From assembly GCA_963752475.1 (NCBI GenBank), contig CAVVYR010000008.1, forward strand, positions 256,001 to 320,000: a stretch of 64,000 bases of DNA. Reading direction: 5' to 3'. Shown here piece by piece: positions 28,687 through 38,053 of the stretch (positions within the stretch are counted from its first letter, which is position 1; each line of letters opens with the position of its first letter). Source of the stretch: an uncultured Chloroflexia bacterium (GTDB lineage: Bacteria; Chloroflexota; Limnocylindria; Limnocylindrales; CSP1-4). Made by a program: the position numbers and the translations under genes. The notes below the pieces were generated by a model. The model was not told the DNA's origin. It worked only from the letters and a program-made list of their open reading frames with translations, and made no database searches.

Positions 28687-28867
28687 CGCCCCCTCCTCGC
28701 CACACTATCTTGCCGCAAGACGAGGGCGCTTGGCTCGGTCACCTGCGTGGCCGCGCTGCGATCCGGCGTACCGAGCCATGCGACCCACCGCGCAGAGCAC
28801 TCGCCGCGGTTCCAGCGGGTGACGGCAGCGATAGAATGCTGGTGCATTCGCGACCAAGGGGGACGAG

Positions 28868-29638
28868 ATGATCAGGTTCCGACCACTCAGCGTGGCGATG
28901 GCTGCCTTGTTGCTGTTCGCGCTCGGGGGAAGTGCCCTCGGCCAGACACCGCTGCCCATCGAGCGCACGCCGGAGATGGAGGAGCATGCCGCGGAATTCG
29001 CGGCCCAGTTCCCCGAGACGGTCGGAGGCGTGTCGCTCTTGGACAACCTCGAGATCGACGTCGGACAGGAGCTCATCGGTGAGATGGATCTGAGCGATCC
29101 TGAAGATGCCGCGGAGATCGCCCGGTTCAACGAGATCGCCTCGGCCGCTGGAGGGACGCTCGATGATGCTGCGACCGCCATCAGCTACGCCCAGCTGAGC
29201 GAGGACGCCTTCGTGACGATCATCGCCCTGCAGGTCCGAGGTAGCGACATCCAGCCGGCGCTTCCGCTCTTCGTCGCCACGTTCGAGGAGGACATGCCTG
29301 GTGTGCTCGTAGAAGAGGCTCAGGTCAACGACGTCGACGTGACGCGGCTCAGCGACCCCGAAGACCCGGAAGCAGGGTCGATCGTCATCCTGGCTCGTGG
29401 TGATGCCCTCTGGCTGGTCTCCGCGCCACCGGAGTACCTCGAGGAAACCATCGGTTCACTGCCGGAAATCCTGACGCCGAACGCCGACCAGCTCCGAGCG
29501 CTCGTCCCCAACCTGGGACTCAAGGTGGCCGAGCTCCCCACGCGAGCGCCGGACAAGGAGTTGGCTGAGATACTCCACGCCCATCCGGGCATGCGCACCT
29601 TTGTAGAGGTGGCTGCCCCCGCAGCGTCGTGCCGATAG
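28868..29638 (+). CDS. Secreted acidic protein whose C-terminus runs into a methyltransferase relic
   Basis: Signal peptide; last ~55 aa (ELPTRAPDKELAEILHAHP) match the 15402 protein. Confidence 0.75.
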   Translation: MIRFRPLSVAMAALLLFALGGSALGQTPLPIERTPEMEEHAAEFAAQFPETVGGVSLLDNLEIDVGQELIGEMDLSDPEDAAEIARFNEIASAAGGTLDDAATAISYAQLSEDAFVTIIALQVRGSDIQPALPLFVATFEEDMPGVLVEEAQVNDVDVTRLSDPEDPEAGSIVILARGDALWLVSAPPEYLEETIGSLPEILTPNADQLRALVPNLGLKVAELPTRAPDKELAEILHAHPGMRTFVEVAAPAASCR

Positions 29639-29682
29639 CAGCGCTGCGCCCGTGCGTCGGCAGACCACGGGTGCACGAGCGG

Positions 29683-29913
29683 CTATCCCAAGACGTCGAA
29701 GCTCAGTCCCGCGTGGGAGGTGAGCCGCGCCAGCAGCTGCTCACCAAGAGCCGAGGCCGGCGTCCACGAGCCACCACCGACGGCGATCCGGCCCCCATCC
29801 TGGGCAAGGCACAGAGCAGATTCGATGAGCATCCGACTCGAGGAGAGCGCCCCGGGATCCCCCTCGCCTGCCACGCGTGCCTTGATGACGTCGCCGTCGT
29901 CATGCTTGGTCAC
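29683..29913 (-). pseudogene. 3' remnant of a saccharopine dehydrogenase-like/trans-acting enoyl reductase gene
   Basis: GDPG...MLIESALCLA...GGSWTPASALGEQLLARL...AGLSF resembles the family C-terminus. Confidence 0.72.
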
Positions 29914-29922
29914 TCAGGGTGG

Positions 29923-29940
29923 GTAGCACACTTGTGCTAC
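29923..29940. promoter_or_regulatory. Palindromic operator of the TA operon
   Basis: GTAGCACA-CT-TGTGCTAC perfect inverted repeat overlapping a TGnTACTCT -10 box. Confidence 0.7.
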
Positions 29941-29949
29941 TCTCGGGCC

Positions 29950-30177
29950 ATGGCGAAGTCCGTAACGCTCCGTCGCGTCGGCGGGTCCGTGGGTACCACG
30001 CTCCCCAAGGAGATGGTCGACCGGCTCGATCTGGCCGCCGGTGACCGAGTCCTGGCCATCGAGACCGAGCGAGGCATCCTGCTGACGCCGTACACCGAGG
30101 AGCTCGAGGCTGAGTTGGCTGCGACGCGGCGCGCCGCGAAGCGCTATCGGGCAGCCCTGCACGAACTGGCTAAGTGA
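29950..30177 (+). CDS. AbrB/MazE-type antitoxin
   Basis: LRRVGGSVGTTLPKE...LAAGD...GILLTP; GTGA overlap with the toxin. Confidence 0.9.
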   Translation: MAKSVTLRRVGGSVGTTLPKEMVDRLDLAAGDRVLAIETERGILLTPYTEELEAELAATRRAAKRYRAALHELAK

Positions 30178-30569
30178 GAGGCGGTGAGCCACGCTGGCTC
30201 CGACGCTTGGTGCTCGACGAGGCTCACTTCCAGCAGGTCCGTGCCCACGGTGGGTCGTATGGCATCCGCGATGAGAACGCACTCGAGTCGGCATTGGGGC
30301 GTCCTCGGCACCGCTGGTCGTACTCGCCTGAGACCGGCCTGCCGGAACTGGCGGCCGCGTACGCGTTCGGCCTGATGAGGGATCACCCGTACGTCGATGG
30401 GAACAAGCGCATCGCCCTGGTCGCGCTGGTCGCGTTCCTTGACCTCAACGGCATGGAGCTGGTCGCCACCAACGCTGATGCGCACATGGCCGTGCTCGCC
30501 GTAGCAGCCGGAGAGATGACCGAGGCCGAGCTGGCCGACTGGATCGAGGCACACTCAAGCGCTTGGTGA
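30174..30569 (+). CDS. doc: Doc (Fic family) toxin
   Basis: HPYVDGNKR motif; HGG..GIRDENALESALGRP. Confidence 0.93.
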   Translation: MRGGEPRWLRRLVLDEAHFQQVRAHGGSYGIRDENALESALGRPRHRWSYSPETGLPELAAAYAFGLMRDHPYVDGNKRIALVALVAFLDLNGMELVATNADAHMAVLAVAAGEMTEAELADWIEAHSSAW

Positions 30570-30616
30570 CCAGCCGAGCTGGATCGAGGCGGCCGCAAGC
30601 GGTCGGCAAGCCGGAA

Positions 30617-30667
30617 GAAGGGCGTAGCGCCCCCAAGGGGCCTTGAGGGCGCGGGAACAACGCAGCG
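30617..30667. repeat. 51-bp att-like repeat copy A containing the tRNA-Glu 3' end
   Basis: 44/51 identical to 31471-31521; GCGCCCCCAAGGGG matches 36007-36020. Confidence 0.85.
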
Positions 30668-30846
30668 CCGGAGACCCGCTTGCCTGGCACGCGGAGGCGG
30701 GACGAGCTTGGCCGTAGAGCGCCGCGACCGCACCTCGATCGGTGTCGCTGCCCTCAGGCCCGAACCCCGCCCTGCCTGACGGAATCGGAACCTCATCACA
30801 GCCATGGCATCACCAACTGGGTACGAGACCCACGCGAGGAGAGGCC

Positions 30847-31461
30847 ATGGCCAGGAGTGTGATCAGAGTGCTCGCGACCGCCACGGTGCTGGCAGCGTTC
30901 ATGGGTGCGAGCCAGGCGGGCGCAGCGGAAGACTCCGGTGACCTGCAGGCCGAAGTGGCACGGGTGCAGGCGGAACTCGAGGCTGTGACGGCCGAGCGAG
31001 ACGCCCTGCTGGAAGAAGACGGGGCGCGAGACGAGCGCTACCAGCGGTCGAGCGAGACGCAAGAGGCGCTCATCGACATCATCGCTGATCCGGCGGCGTT
31101 CGGGAGCATGGACGAGGTCCTCGACCTACTGGACGAGTTGGCTGTCCCCGGTGCGACCATGGATGACGTCGCGCTTGGGGCCGCCGGTTGGCGCGCCGCA
31201 TGGCAAGGGACGCTCTTCGGTGCCCACGCCACGATCCCGACGTGGGTCAAGTGGATGGCCGACGATGGGTCTATCGGAGGCTCGCTGTGGACCTGGACGG
31301 GGCGCGCCCGCAACGGGGAGTCGCTCACGCTCCCGGGGATCGACGTCAGCACGTACGACGAGAACGGGCTTATCACCTCGGTCGTTGTCTACTGGCCCTA
31401 CGAGAACTCAGAAGTCGCGTGTGTCTTCTACAAGGGCAACGAGGCGTGCGCTGCCGGATAG
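30847..31461 (+). CDS. Secreted coiled-coil plus SnoaL-like protein
   Basis: GAGG SD, signal peptide, coiled coil, WTWTG...PGIDVSTYDENGLI. Confidence 0.78.
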   Translation: MARSVIRVLATATVLAAFMGASQAGAAEDSGDLQAEVARVQAELEAVTAERDALLEEDGARDERYQRSSETQEALIDIIADPAAFGSMDEVLDLLDELAVPGATMDDVALGAAGWRAAWQGTLFGAHATIPTWVKWMADDGSIGGSLWTWTGRARNGESLTLPGIDVSTYDENGLITSVVVYWPYENSEVACVFYKGNEACAAG

Positions 31462-31470
31462 TCGGAACAG

Positions 31471-31521
31471 GAAGGGTGTGGCGCCCCCAAGTGGTCTTGG
31501 GGACTCGGGAACAACGCAGCG
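31471..31521. repeat. 51-bp att-like repeat copy B
   Basis: TGGCGCCCCCAAG equals 36005-36017; internal CCCCAAG-TGGT-CTTGGGG hairpin. Confidence 0.85.
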
Positions 31522-31666
31522 TGGACGACCCTCTGGCGTGGTACGCCGAGAGCGCGTGACGGTGGGCGAGGTGACCCCCGTGCCTGCACCCGCGACGGCT
31601 GACCACGGCGCTCGCACACCGTGGGGAGGGCACAGGTCAGTCCCTGCCACACCTAGGGAGGGCTGC

Positions 31667-32062
31667 TCAGGGCCGCAGTTGGATCACCGTCCAGTGGGCG
31701 AGTGTGTCGGTGGCGCACGAGGCCGGCGTGGTCACCAGGATTCGCTCAGCAGCGTCGCTCGCCTCGGCGTAGGCATCGATACCCGAGAAGTCGCACGGCG
31801 CGAACTGGGAGACTTCGCGGAAGCGCAGCTCGTCCTGCCAGTCATGGATTAGCTCCTTCTCAGTCGCGAGCGCGAACTCGGTGCCGCCGCGGCTGGCGAT
31901 GTCATCGAGCGTGCCGGGTAACTGCGCCCAGACCTCTCGCATCGGGAACGAGCTGTCCACGACCACGAAGACACGCTCACTCTCACGAGACAGCATGATC
32001 ACCGCCGCTAGAGCGCCGAAGACCAACAGCACCCCGACGACGAAGATCGCGAGTGGTCTCAA
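31667..32062 (-). CDS. Small membrane-anchored protein with a partial vWA-like motif
   Basis: N-terminal TM; VVVDSSFPM resembles MIDAS DxSxS. Confidence 0.7.
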   Translation of the reverse strand: MRPLAIFVVGVLLVFGALAAVIMLSRESERVFVVVDSSFPMREVWAQLPGTLDDIASRGGTEFALATEKELIHDWQDELRFREVSQFAPCDFSGIDAYAEASDAAERILVTTPASCATDTLAHWTVIQLRP

Positions 32063-32071
32063 GTGGTCTCC

Positions 32072-33772
32072 CTAGACTCCGGCGTTGAAGAGCGACACCA
32101 GCTTGAACTCCACGTCGCCCTCGCTGGCGTTGAAGCTGGCGGCCTCGACCAATGAGGCCAGTCGGCCCAACTCATCGAGGTTGGCCTCGAAGCCCACGGT
32201 GAAGACCGGGATCCGCGCTCCCGCGATGGCCTCGTCGACCTTGTCGAAGCCGAGGCCCTCGTTGGTCTCGCCGTCGGTCAGCACGACCAGCATGAACTTG
32301 CCACTGGGGTCGAGCTGTCGTTGCTCGGCAAGCATCTGCAGTCCCAGCACGATGCCGTCGTACATGGCTGTGCCGCCGACCGGATCCATGTCCTCGATCG
32401 CGGCCTGGAAGCTGGCCTGCTGGTTGAGGTCGAAGGGCGCCATGTCGAGGACCTTGCGCGTGGTGTCGTCGAACTCGACCAGGCCGATCGAGGCCTCCGG
32501 ATTGATGAACTCCCGCGCTGAGCCCAAAGCCTGCTGCACGGCCGCGACCCGGGATCCGGCCATGGAGCCGCTGGTGTCGGCCACGAAGACGGCGTAGACG
32601 GGACGACCCGCGTCCTTCTTCTCCTTCCATAACTGCTGAGCCTCGATGAGCGTCTCGCCCGAGGGCAGGGACACGTCGGAGACATAGTCGGGAGGGTCGA
32701 AGCCGAAGTCGCCTGCCGTGCGCCGCAACTCATCACTCTCGAGGTGAGCGGCGAAGAGCTCGAGGACCTCGCGCTCCTCCGGCGGAGCTGCATCGAACGC
32801 GTACAGCGGGTTGTCATGCCTGATGCCGAAGGGGATGAACTCGAAGCCCGAGCTCAGCGACTCGGTCTTGTCGTACGTCTGCCACTCCATCACGAAGGCA
32901 TCGAGCGTGCCGTTGTCCTTCTCCACGGACTCACGCATCTGCAGCGTGGTGAACGCCACGAACGGCACTTGCTCCTGGAACTCCTCGAAGACGCTCGCGA
33001 CATCGGGCGCAACCAGGCGCGCTTCGTCGCCCGCGGCAAAGTCGTCGAGCACGGTGAGCAGGAAGTTGAGACCGGTCGAGGAGGCGAAGGGGTTGGTGTA
33101 GCCCATCACCAGCTCGCCGGCGATGACCGCCTGGATGAGTGCCTTGGTGTCGAGCGTGCCGTACTTCTCGCGAAGCTGGTCGGCAGTCTCGTCCTTCATG
33201 ACGATGCCAGCCACGTTGGGCACGGTCTGCTCGGTCACCAAGGTCATCGGGCTGTGGGCGTTGGCCATCTGGATCCAGAGATGGTTCGAGGGGCTGAACC
33301 CGGCCGGCAGGTCGTCACCGGCGGCGATGAACTGGTAGCCCGTTCCCGAGGCAATGCGACGGATCGCGACTTGGGCGTCGCGCCCATCGGCAGTCTTGGC
33401 TCCCGAGCGGTTGAACGACTCGGCGGCCTCGACCATCCAGCCATCGGTGCCGGAACCGGATTTCTCGGTGGAGGCGAACACCTCGGCAACGACCTGGTCG
33501 GCCCGCTGGCCCGGATCCACCGAGAGTTCGAACGTGGAGATGTCGGGCAGCGTGTCTGCCAACTCCTTCTCCGGGAGCGAGACGGCTGCCTTGCGCGTCA
33601 CCGGCGCGTCGATCCAGTCGATATCATCGACCAGCTCGCTGATGCGTTGCTCCGCAGTGGCCTGGTCGAGCGGCTCGGACTGACCTCCGAGGTCGCCGCC
33701 GCAAGCCGCCACGATGACGGCCAGGCCAGCGAGCATGGCGATGAGGAGAGGGAGTCGGTGGCGGGTGGTCAT
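32072..33772 (-). CDS. Lipoprotein: solute-binding-like domain plus vWA domain
   Basis: Lipobox VAAC; TNPFASSTG; MIDAS DTSGSM, GGTAMYD, VLTDGE. Confidence 0.9.
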   Translation of the reverse strand: MTTRHRLPLLIAMLAGLAVIVAACGGDLGGQSEPLDQATAEQRISELVDDIDWIDAPVTRKAAVSLPEKELADTLPDISTFELSVDPGQRADQVVAEVFASTEKSGSGTDGWMVEAAESFNRSGAKTADGRDAQVAIRRIASGTGYQFIAAGDDLPAGFSPSNHLWIQMANAHSPMTLVTEQTVPNVAGIVMKDETADQLREKYGTLDTKALIQAVIAGELVMGYTNPFASSTGLNFLLTVLDDFAAGDEARLVAPDVASVFEEFQEQVPFVAFTTLQMRESVEKDNGTLDAFVMEWQTYDKTESLSSGFEFIPFGIRHDNPLYAFDAAPPEEREVLELFAAHLESDELRRTAGDFGFDPPDYVSDVSLPSGETLIEAQQLWKEKKDAGRPVYAVFVADTSGSMAGSRVAAVQQALGSAREFINPEASIGLVEFDDTTRKVLDMAPFDLNQQASFQAAIEDMDPVGGTAMYDGIVLGLQMLAEQRQLDPSGKFMLVVLTDGETNEGLGFDKVDEAIAGARIPVFTVGFEANLDELGRLASLVEAASFNASEGDVEFKLVSLFNAGV

Positions 33773-33801
33773 GGTTTCGGTCTCCCTGCTGAGTCCGATG
33801 A

Positions 33802-34989
33802 TCAAGCCTCGCTCTTGACGTCGAGCGAGGTTTCGTTGGCGCGTCCGCGCTCGTGCTTCTCGATCGACTTCTCGGCCTCGCTGGTGAGCTGGTCGAGCTC
33901 GACGATCTGGCTGGCCATCTGCGGCAGCGCCTCGTGGCGATAGCGCGAGATCTCATCGAGGGCGATGTCGATGTCCGCAAACGCCGACTTGAGCGACTCC
34001 ATGTCGAGCATCGTGCTCGTGGCCTGCTGGTGGATCTGCGTCCCCTGAGTCTTGAGGCGCGACGCCGTCCCCGCGATGAGGTCGGAAGTCGTGCGATTGA
34101 GCGCTTCGACCTTGTCGAGCACGACCTTCTGGTGGGCCACGGCCATGGCTACTGCGACGGCGACCTGGAGGGCGCTGACGGTCACGTCGATGGCGCGCTC
34201 GACGCCGCGCACGAGCTCACGGTTGTTGCGGATGATGAGCGCGGTGGCCAACACACCCTGCTGGTTCACCGCAAGCTGCTGCTGCAGGTCCATGGTCCGC
34301 TGGCGGAGCGCGAAGACCAGCTCCTCCTCGATGAACTGACGTCGCGGATCGCCCTCGGGGATCTCCTGGTCCAGCCGCTCGTTGACGGCGGCGTCGAGCG
34401 CTCGGGCAAGCGCGATCTGGTCGGATAGCGTGAGCGTCAACTCACGCATGTTCTTCTGATCTTCGTTGAGCGTGACGTTGTCGCGCTTGAGCTGGTCTCG
34501 ACCACTCTCGAGCGAACGGATGACAGCGTCGATGACGCCCTGCGACGACTCGAACTGCATGAAGTAGCGCTGCAGTGGCGTACCGACCCCGGGGATCATG
34601 CCCAGGAGCTTATTGAAGGAGCTGGGCTCGAGCTCGAGTCCGCTGGGGTCGAGCTTCTCGACCTGGATGCGCAGGTCAGTGAGCGACTTGGCGACGGGCC
34701 CGCCCTCCTCACTTTCGCGCGCGAGGTCGCGCAGCGGTGCCTGGAGCAAGCGACTGCGGGTCGCGGAGCGACGCTGCAGATCGCGGCCCATGCCGTCGAC
34801 CGCCTCGAGGCTGGTGACGCGGGCATCCTGGTCCTCGGGATCGAAGGCGACCAGTCTGGTTGCGTACTCAGCCGCCTTGGCGGCCACGGCCTCGTCGACC
34901 GTCGGCTCGACCGCGACGACCTCAGCCTTGGTCTCCTCGACGTTCAGATCGAGTTTCAGGGCGGGGACCTTGTCCGTCTCACTGGTCAT
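33802..34989 (-). CDS. telA: TelA/KlaB toxic anion resistance protein
   Basis: Long helical protein, LKRDNVTL, IIRNNREL, SAFADI..ALD. Confidence 0.88.
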   Translation of the reverse strand: MTSETDKVPALKLDLNVEETKAEVVAVEPTVDEAVAAKAAEYATRLVAFDPEDQDARVTSLEAVDGMGRDLQRRSATRSRLLQAPLRDLARESEEGGPVAKSLTDLRIQVEKLDPSGLELEPSSFNKLLGMIPGVGTPLQRYFMQFESSQGVIDAVIRSLESGRDQLKRDNVTLNEDQKNMRELTLTLSDQIALARALDAAVNERLDQEIPEGDPRRQFIEEELVFALRQRTMDLQQQLAVNQQGVLATALIIRNNRELVRGVERAIDVTVSALQVAVAVAMAVAHQKVVLDKVEALNRTTSDLIAGTASRLKTQGTQIHQQATSTMLDMESLKSAFADIDIALDEISRYRHEALPQMASQIVELDQLTSEAEKSIEKHERGRANETSLDVKSEA

Positions 34990-35025
34990 CGGTTCACTCC
35001 TTGGCGGGATTGGCTTGGTACCCGG

Positions 35026-35778
35026 TCAGGCGCTGGCGTACTTGCCGGCACGGTCGGCCAGCTCCTCGAGAGCCTCCATTGCCGCCTCCGCATCTTGCGG
35101 TGCGAGGCCGATGGGCGCGTCGGCGAGCGCGGTGGAGGTTCGGTCAAGCAGCGTCATCGCCGACTCGTTCTGGGCCAGCAGATAGGTCGTCTTGGCCTGC
35201 TGCGTGATAGCGAGGGCGCGTCGATCCTCGAGTGACCGGATCTCGGGCGCTGCCGAAGCGGCGCCTTGCTCCTTCAGTTGTTCGAGGCGGTTGTCGATGT
35301 AGTCCGGGTCGATGGTGCTAATGCTACCCATGGCGACCACGACCTCACGAAGGTTGCTGATCACCGCGAGATAGACCTGCTGGGCTGTCGAGAGGTACCG
35401 GGCGTAGGTCAGCTCCCCGGCCTCGAGACGTCGGTCGAGCATGGTCACGAGGTTGTCGCGCTTCTCACCGATGGCCTGCAGTTGGTAGGCGGGGCGCTCG
35501 TCCCCCAGCCGGTCCAGATCGCGTTTGAGCGCCCCCAACTCTGCCTCGCTGACGTAGGGCAGCTCAGGCGTCTCGAACTGCAGCTTGCGCAGCGTTCCGG
35601 TGGCGGACAGCGTCAGTGGCCACATGACGATGGCGATGATGCCGACGGCGACAACAACGATGGCCAGCAGCGTCGGCGGCTCGAGGACGACGAGGATGCT
35701 CACCACGGCCAGCGCGACCGCAGCCACCGCGATCCATGACGGCGGATAACTCACCACCGCCTTCCACCAAGTCTTCAT
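35026..35778 (-). CDS. Two-TM coiled-coil partner of TelA (XpaC-like role)
   Basis: Two N-terminal TM, helical body, ELTYARY; directly upstream of telA. Confidence 0.72.
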   Translation of the reverse strand: MKTWWKAVVSYPPSWIAVAAVALAVVSILVVLEPPTLLAIVVVAVGIIAIVMWPLTLSATGTLRKLQFETPELPYVSEAELGALKRDLDRLGDERPAYQLQAIGEKRDNLVTMLDRRLEAGELTYARYLSTAQQVYLAVISNLREVVVAMGSISTIDPDYIDNRLEQLKEQGAASAAPEIRSLEDRRALAITQQAKTTYLLAQNESAMTLLDRTSTALADAPIGLAPQDAEAAMEALEELADRAGKYASA

Positions 35779-36004
35779 GGCATCATTCTCCTACGACCAC
35801 AGGATGGTGCCAGAGTGGAAATGAGGGTGCCTCTATGAGTCCACGCAAGGCAAGAGCCATCGGGACCGGTGCCATCCGGTCATGCTTCTGGACACTCCTT
35901 CGCCTGCCGCAGACAGGCAGGTCACCCGAGTCGTGTGGACCCCAGCGGCTCAGCCGTTCTTCTCGGCGGGCGAGGTCGTCCCTGATGACTCAGGCGCGTT
36001 GTTG

Positions 36005-36081
36005 TGGCGCCCCCAAGGGGATTCGAACCCCTGATCTCCACCTTGAAAGGGTGGCGTCCTAGGCCTCTAGACGATGGGGGC
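36005..36081 (-). tRNA. tRNA-Glu (anticodon TTC) with encoded CCA
   Basis: Cloverleaf: GCCCCCA/TGGGGGC acceptor, CCACC-CTTTCAA-GGTGG anticodon arm, AGGGG-TTCGAAT-CCCCT T arm. Confidence 0.97.
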
Positions 36082-36122
36082 CAGCGACCGAAGGAGTGTA
36101 CCCGACCCGCGGAGAGTGTCCG

Positions 36123-36419
36123 TCAAGCGCGGATGAAGGTGAAGATCGAGGCCGCTGCGAGGCACCCGGCAGCCGCCAGCGCGAAGAGCCCGCCCATGGC
36201 TGCACCGAGCAGCGAACCGGCCGCTCGACCCCAACGTGCGTCGTTCAGCGCACGTGAGAGGAACCAGGCCGAGGTGAAGGCGAAGGTGAGCCCGAGCACG
36301 GCAAGGCCAGCCACGGTGAAAGCGATGTTCTGGCCTGAGCGGTCGAGGATGAGCCCGTACAGGACGACGAGTCCCGCCAGCACCATGACGACCACGACCG
36401 CGATGCGTACGAGCGCCAC
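36123..36419 (-). CDS. Small three-TM membrane protein
   Basis: Three hydrophobic helices; TATACT 6 nt before the GTG. Confidence 0.75.
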   Translation of the reverse strand: MALVRIAVVVVMVLAGLVVLYGLILDRSGQNIAFTVAGLAVLGLTFAFTSAWFLSRALNDARWGRAAGSLLGAAMGGLFALAAAGCLAAASIFTFIRA

Positions 36420-36461
36420 GGCCCGAGTATAGGTACGACCGCCGAAGCCGGTTTCCAGGGG

Positions 36462-38000
36462 CTAGGACAATCGAACGACCATCCCGGCGCGACCGGGCAG
36501 ACCGATGCGCAGTATCTCGCCATCGATCGCGGCTGAGCCCTCCCCTGCCGCGCTGCCGCGAAGGGGCACGATCGACGCTTCGGTGGCACGCATCGGCAGC
36601 GGCACCTCCCAAGCAAGGCTGTCGTCGCCGGCATTGGCCACCACGGCGAAGGCGTCGTCGCCATTCCGCCGCAGGTAGGCGACGGCGGGCCCCTTCGTGC
36701 CCAGCAATGCCAGGTCGGCATCGCGGAACGCCCGGCTCGAGTGGCGTAGCGCTGCCAGGTCCGCGACCCAGGCGGAAGGCTCGCCAGCCCACTCGGCAGG
36801 GTCAACCGGGAACGCCCGCCGACAGTCTGGGTCGGCCGAGCCGGCCATGCCGATCTCGTCGCCGTAGTAGATACAGGGCGCACCAGGCAGGGTCATCTGC
36901 AGCAGCGTCGCCAGCCTCAGGGCGTCCAGGTCATCGCCACAGAACGTCAGGAAGCGTGGCGTGTCGTGACTGCTGAGCAGGTTCAACTGCACGGCCGTCA
37001 CTTCCGGGGGATTCGTCTCTTCCAGGTCCTTGATCTCCGCCCACAGCCCAGCGCCGTCGTAGGCGCGGATCTTGCCCTCGTACTCGAACGGCAGCGGCAC
37101 GGCGGGGTCCAGCCGATGCTGGGCCGCGAACCCGAGCATGGCCCGGCTCAGCGGGTAGTTCATGAAGGCATCGAACATGTCGCCCTGCAGCCACTCGGGC
37201 TTGTGGTGCCAGATCTCGGCCACGATGTAGGCCTCTGGGTTCGCAGCCCGAACGCGCGGCCGGAACTCACGCCAGAAGTCGGCTTCGATCTCCTCGGGCA
37301 CATCCAACCGCCAGCCGTCGATGCCGAAGCGGATCCAGAACTCCGATGCATCGAGGATGTGCTCCCGCGCGGCCCGGTGTTCCAGCCGGATCTTGGGCAA
37401 TGCCGGCAGATCCCACCAGGCCTCGTAGCCCAGGACCTCACTCGAGACCGAGCCAAGTGACGCTCCGGCCGCGTGTCGCTGCGCGATCTCCGCCATCTGC
37501 TGTTCACTGGGGAACGCCGAGAGCCCCCGTTTCCCGGCACGAACGTCGTCCGAGAAGTAGAACCAGTCGCGATACGGAGACTGCATCCCGTTCTCGAGCA
37601 CGTGGTGGAACGGCCACCACCCCCGCCCACAGTGGTTGAAGACGCCATCGAGCACGACCCGCATGTCACGAGCGTGGGCCTCATCGAGCAGCTCGCGCAG
37701 GGCCTTGTTCCCGCCGAGCAACGGATCCACCGTGTAGTAGTCGTCGGTGTGATAGCGGTGATTCGAAGCGGAGGCGAACACCGGATTGAGGTAGAGCGCC
37801 GTCACACCCAGCCGCTTGAGCCGATCGAGGTGGGCCACGACGCCGTAGAGGTCGCCGCCCTTGAAGCCCTGCGTGGTGGGCGCTGCTTCCCACGGCTCCA
37901 GCTCGCCGGGCGCATCCACGCGTCCACTACGAGCCAATCGGTCGGGGAAGACCTGGTAGAAGACGGCGTCTCGGACCCAGGCCGGAGTGTCGATGGTCAT
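36462..38000 (-). CDS. GH13 alpha-glycosidase (neopullulanase/cyclomaltodextrinase-like)
   Basis: FYQVFPDR, GGDL, DGVFNH, DGWRLDV, AEIW, SHDTPR, YYGDE. Confidence 0.95.
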   Translation of the reverse strand: MTIDTPAWVRDAVFYQVFPDRLARSGRVDAPGELEPWEAAPTTQGFKGGDLYGVVAHLDRLKRLGVTALYLNPVFASASNHRYHTDDYYTVDPLLGGNKALRELLDEAHARDMRVVLDGVFNHCGRGWWPFHHVLENGMQSPYRDWFYFSDDVRAGKRGLSAFPSEQQMAEIAQRHAAGASLGSVSSEVLGYEAWWDLPALPKIRLEHRAAREHILDASEFWIRFGIDGWRLDVPEEIEADFWREFRPRVRAANPEAYIVAEIWHHKPEWLQGDMFDAFMNYPLSRAMLGFAAQHRLDPAVPLPFEYEGKIRAYDGAGLWAEIKDLEETNPPEVTAVQLNLLSSHDTPRFLTFCGDDLDALRLATLLQMTLPGAPCIYYGDEIGMAGSADPDCRRAFPVDPAEWAGEPSAWVADLAALRHSSRAFRDADLALLGTKGPAVAYLRRNGDDAFAVVANAGDDSLAWEVPLPMRATEASIVPLRGSAAGEGSAAIDGEILRIGLPGRAGMVVRLS

Positions 38001-38053
38001 GGCGCGCAGGGTATCGCCTTCGGCCGATCCGGCGTGCATGGGACAATCAGGCG

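Noticed and set aside
30617-31521. 51-bp repeats as a CRISPR array
   Set aside because: Only two full copies, about 800 bp apart with a gene between them; no cas genes
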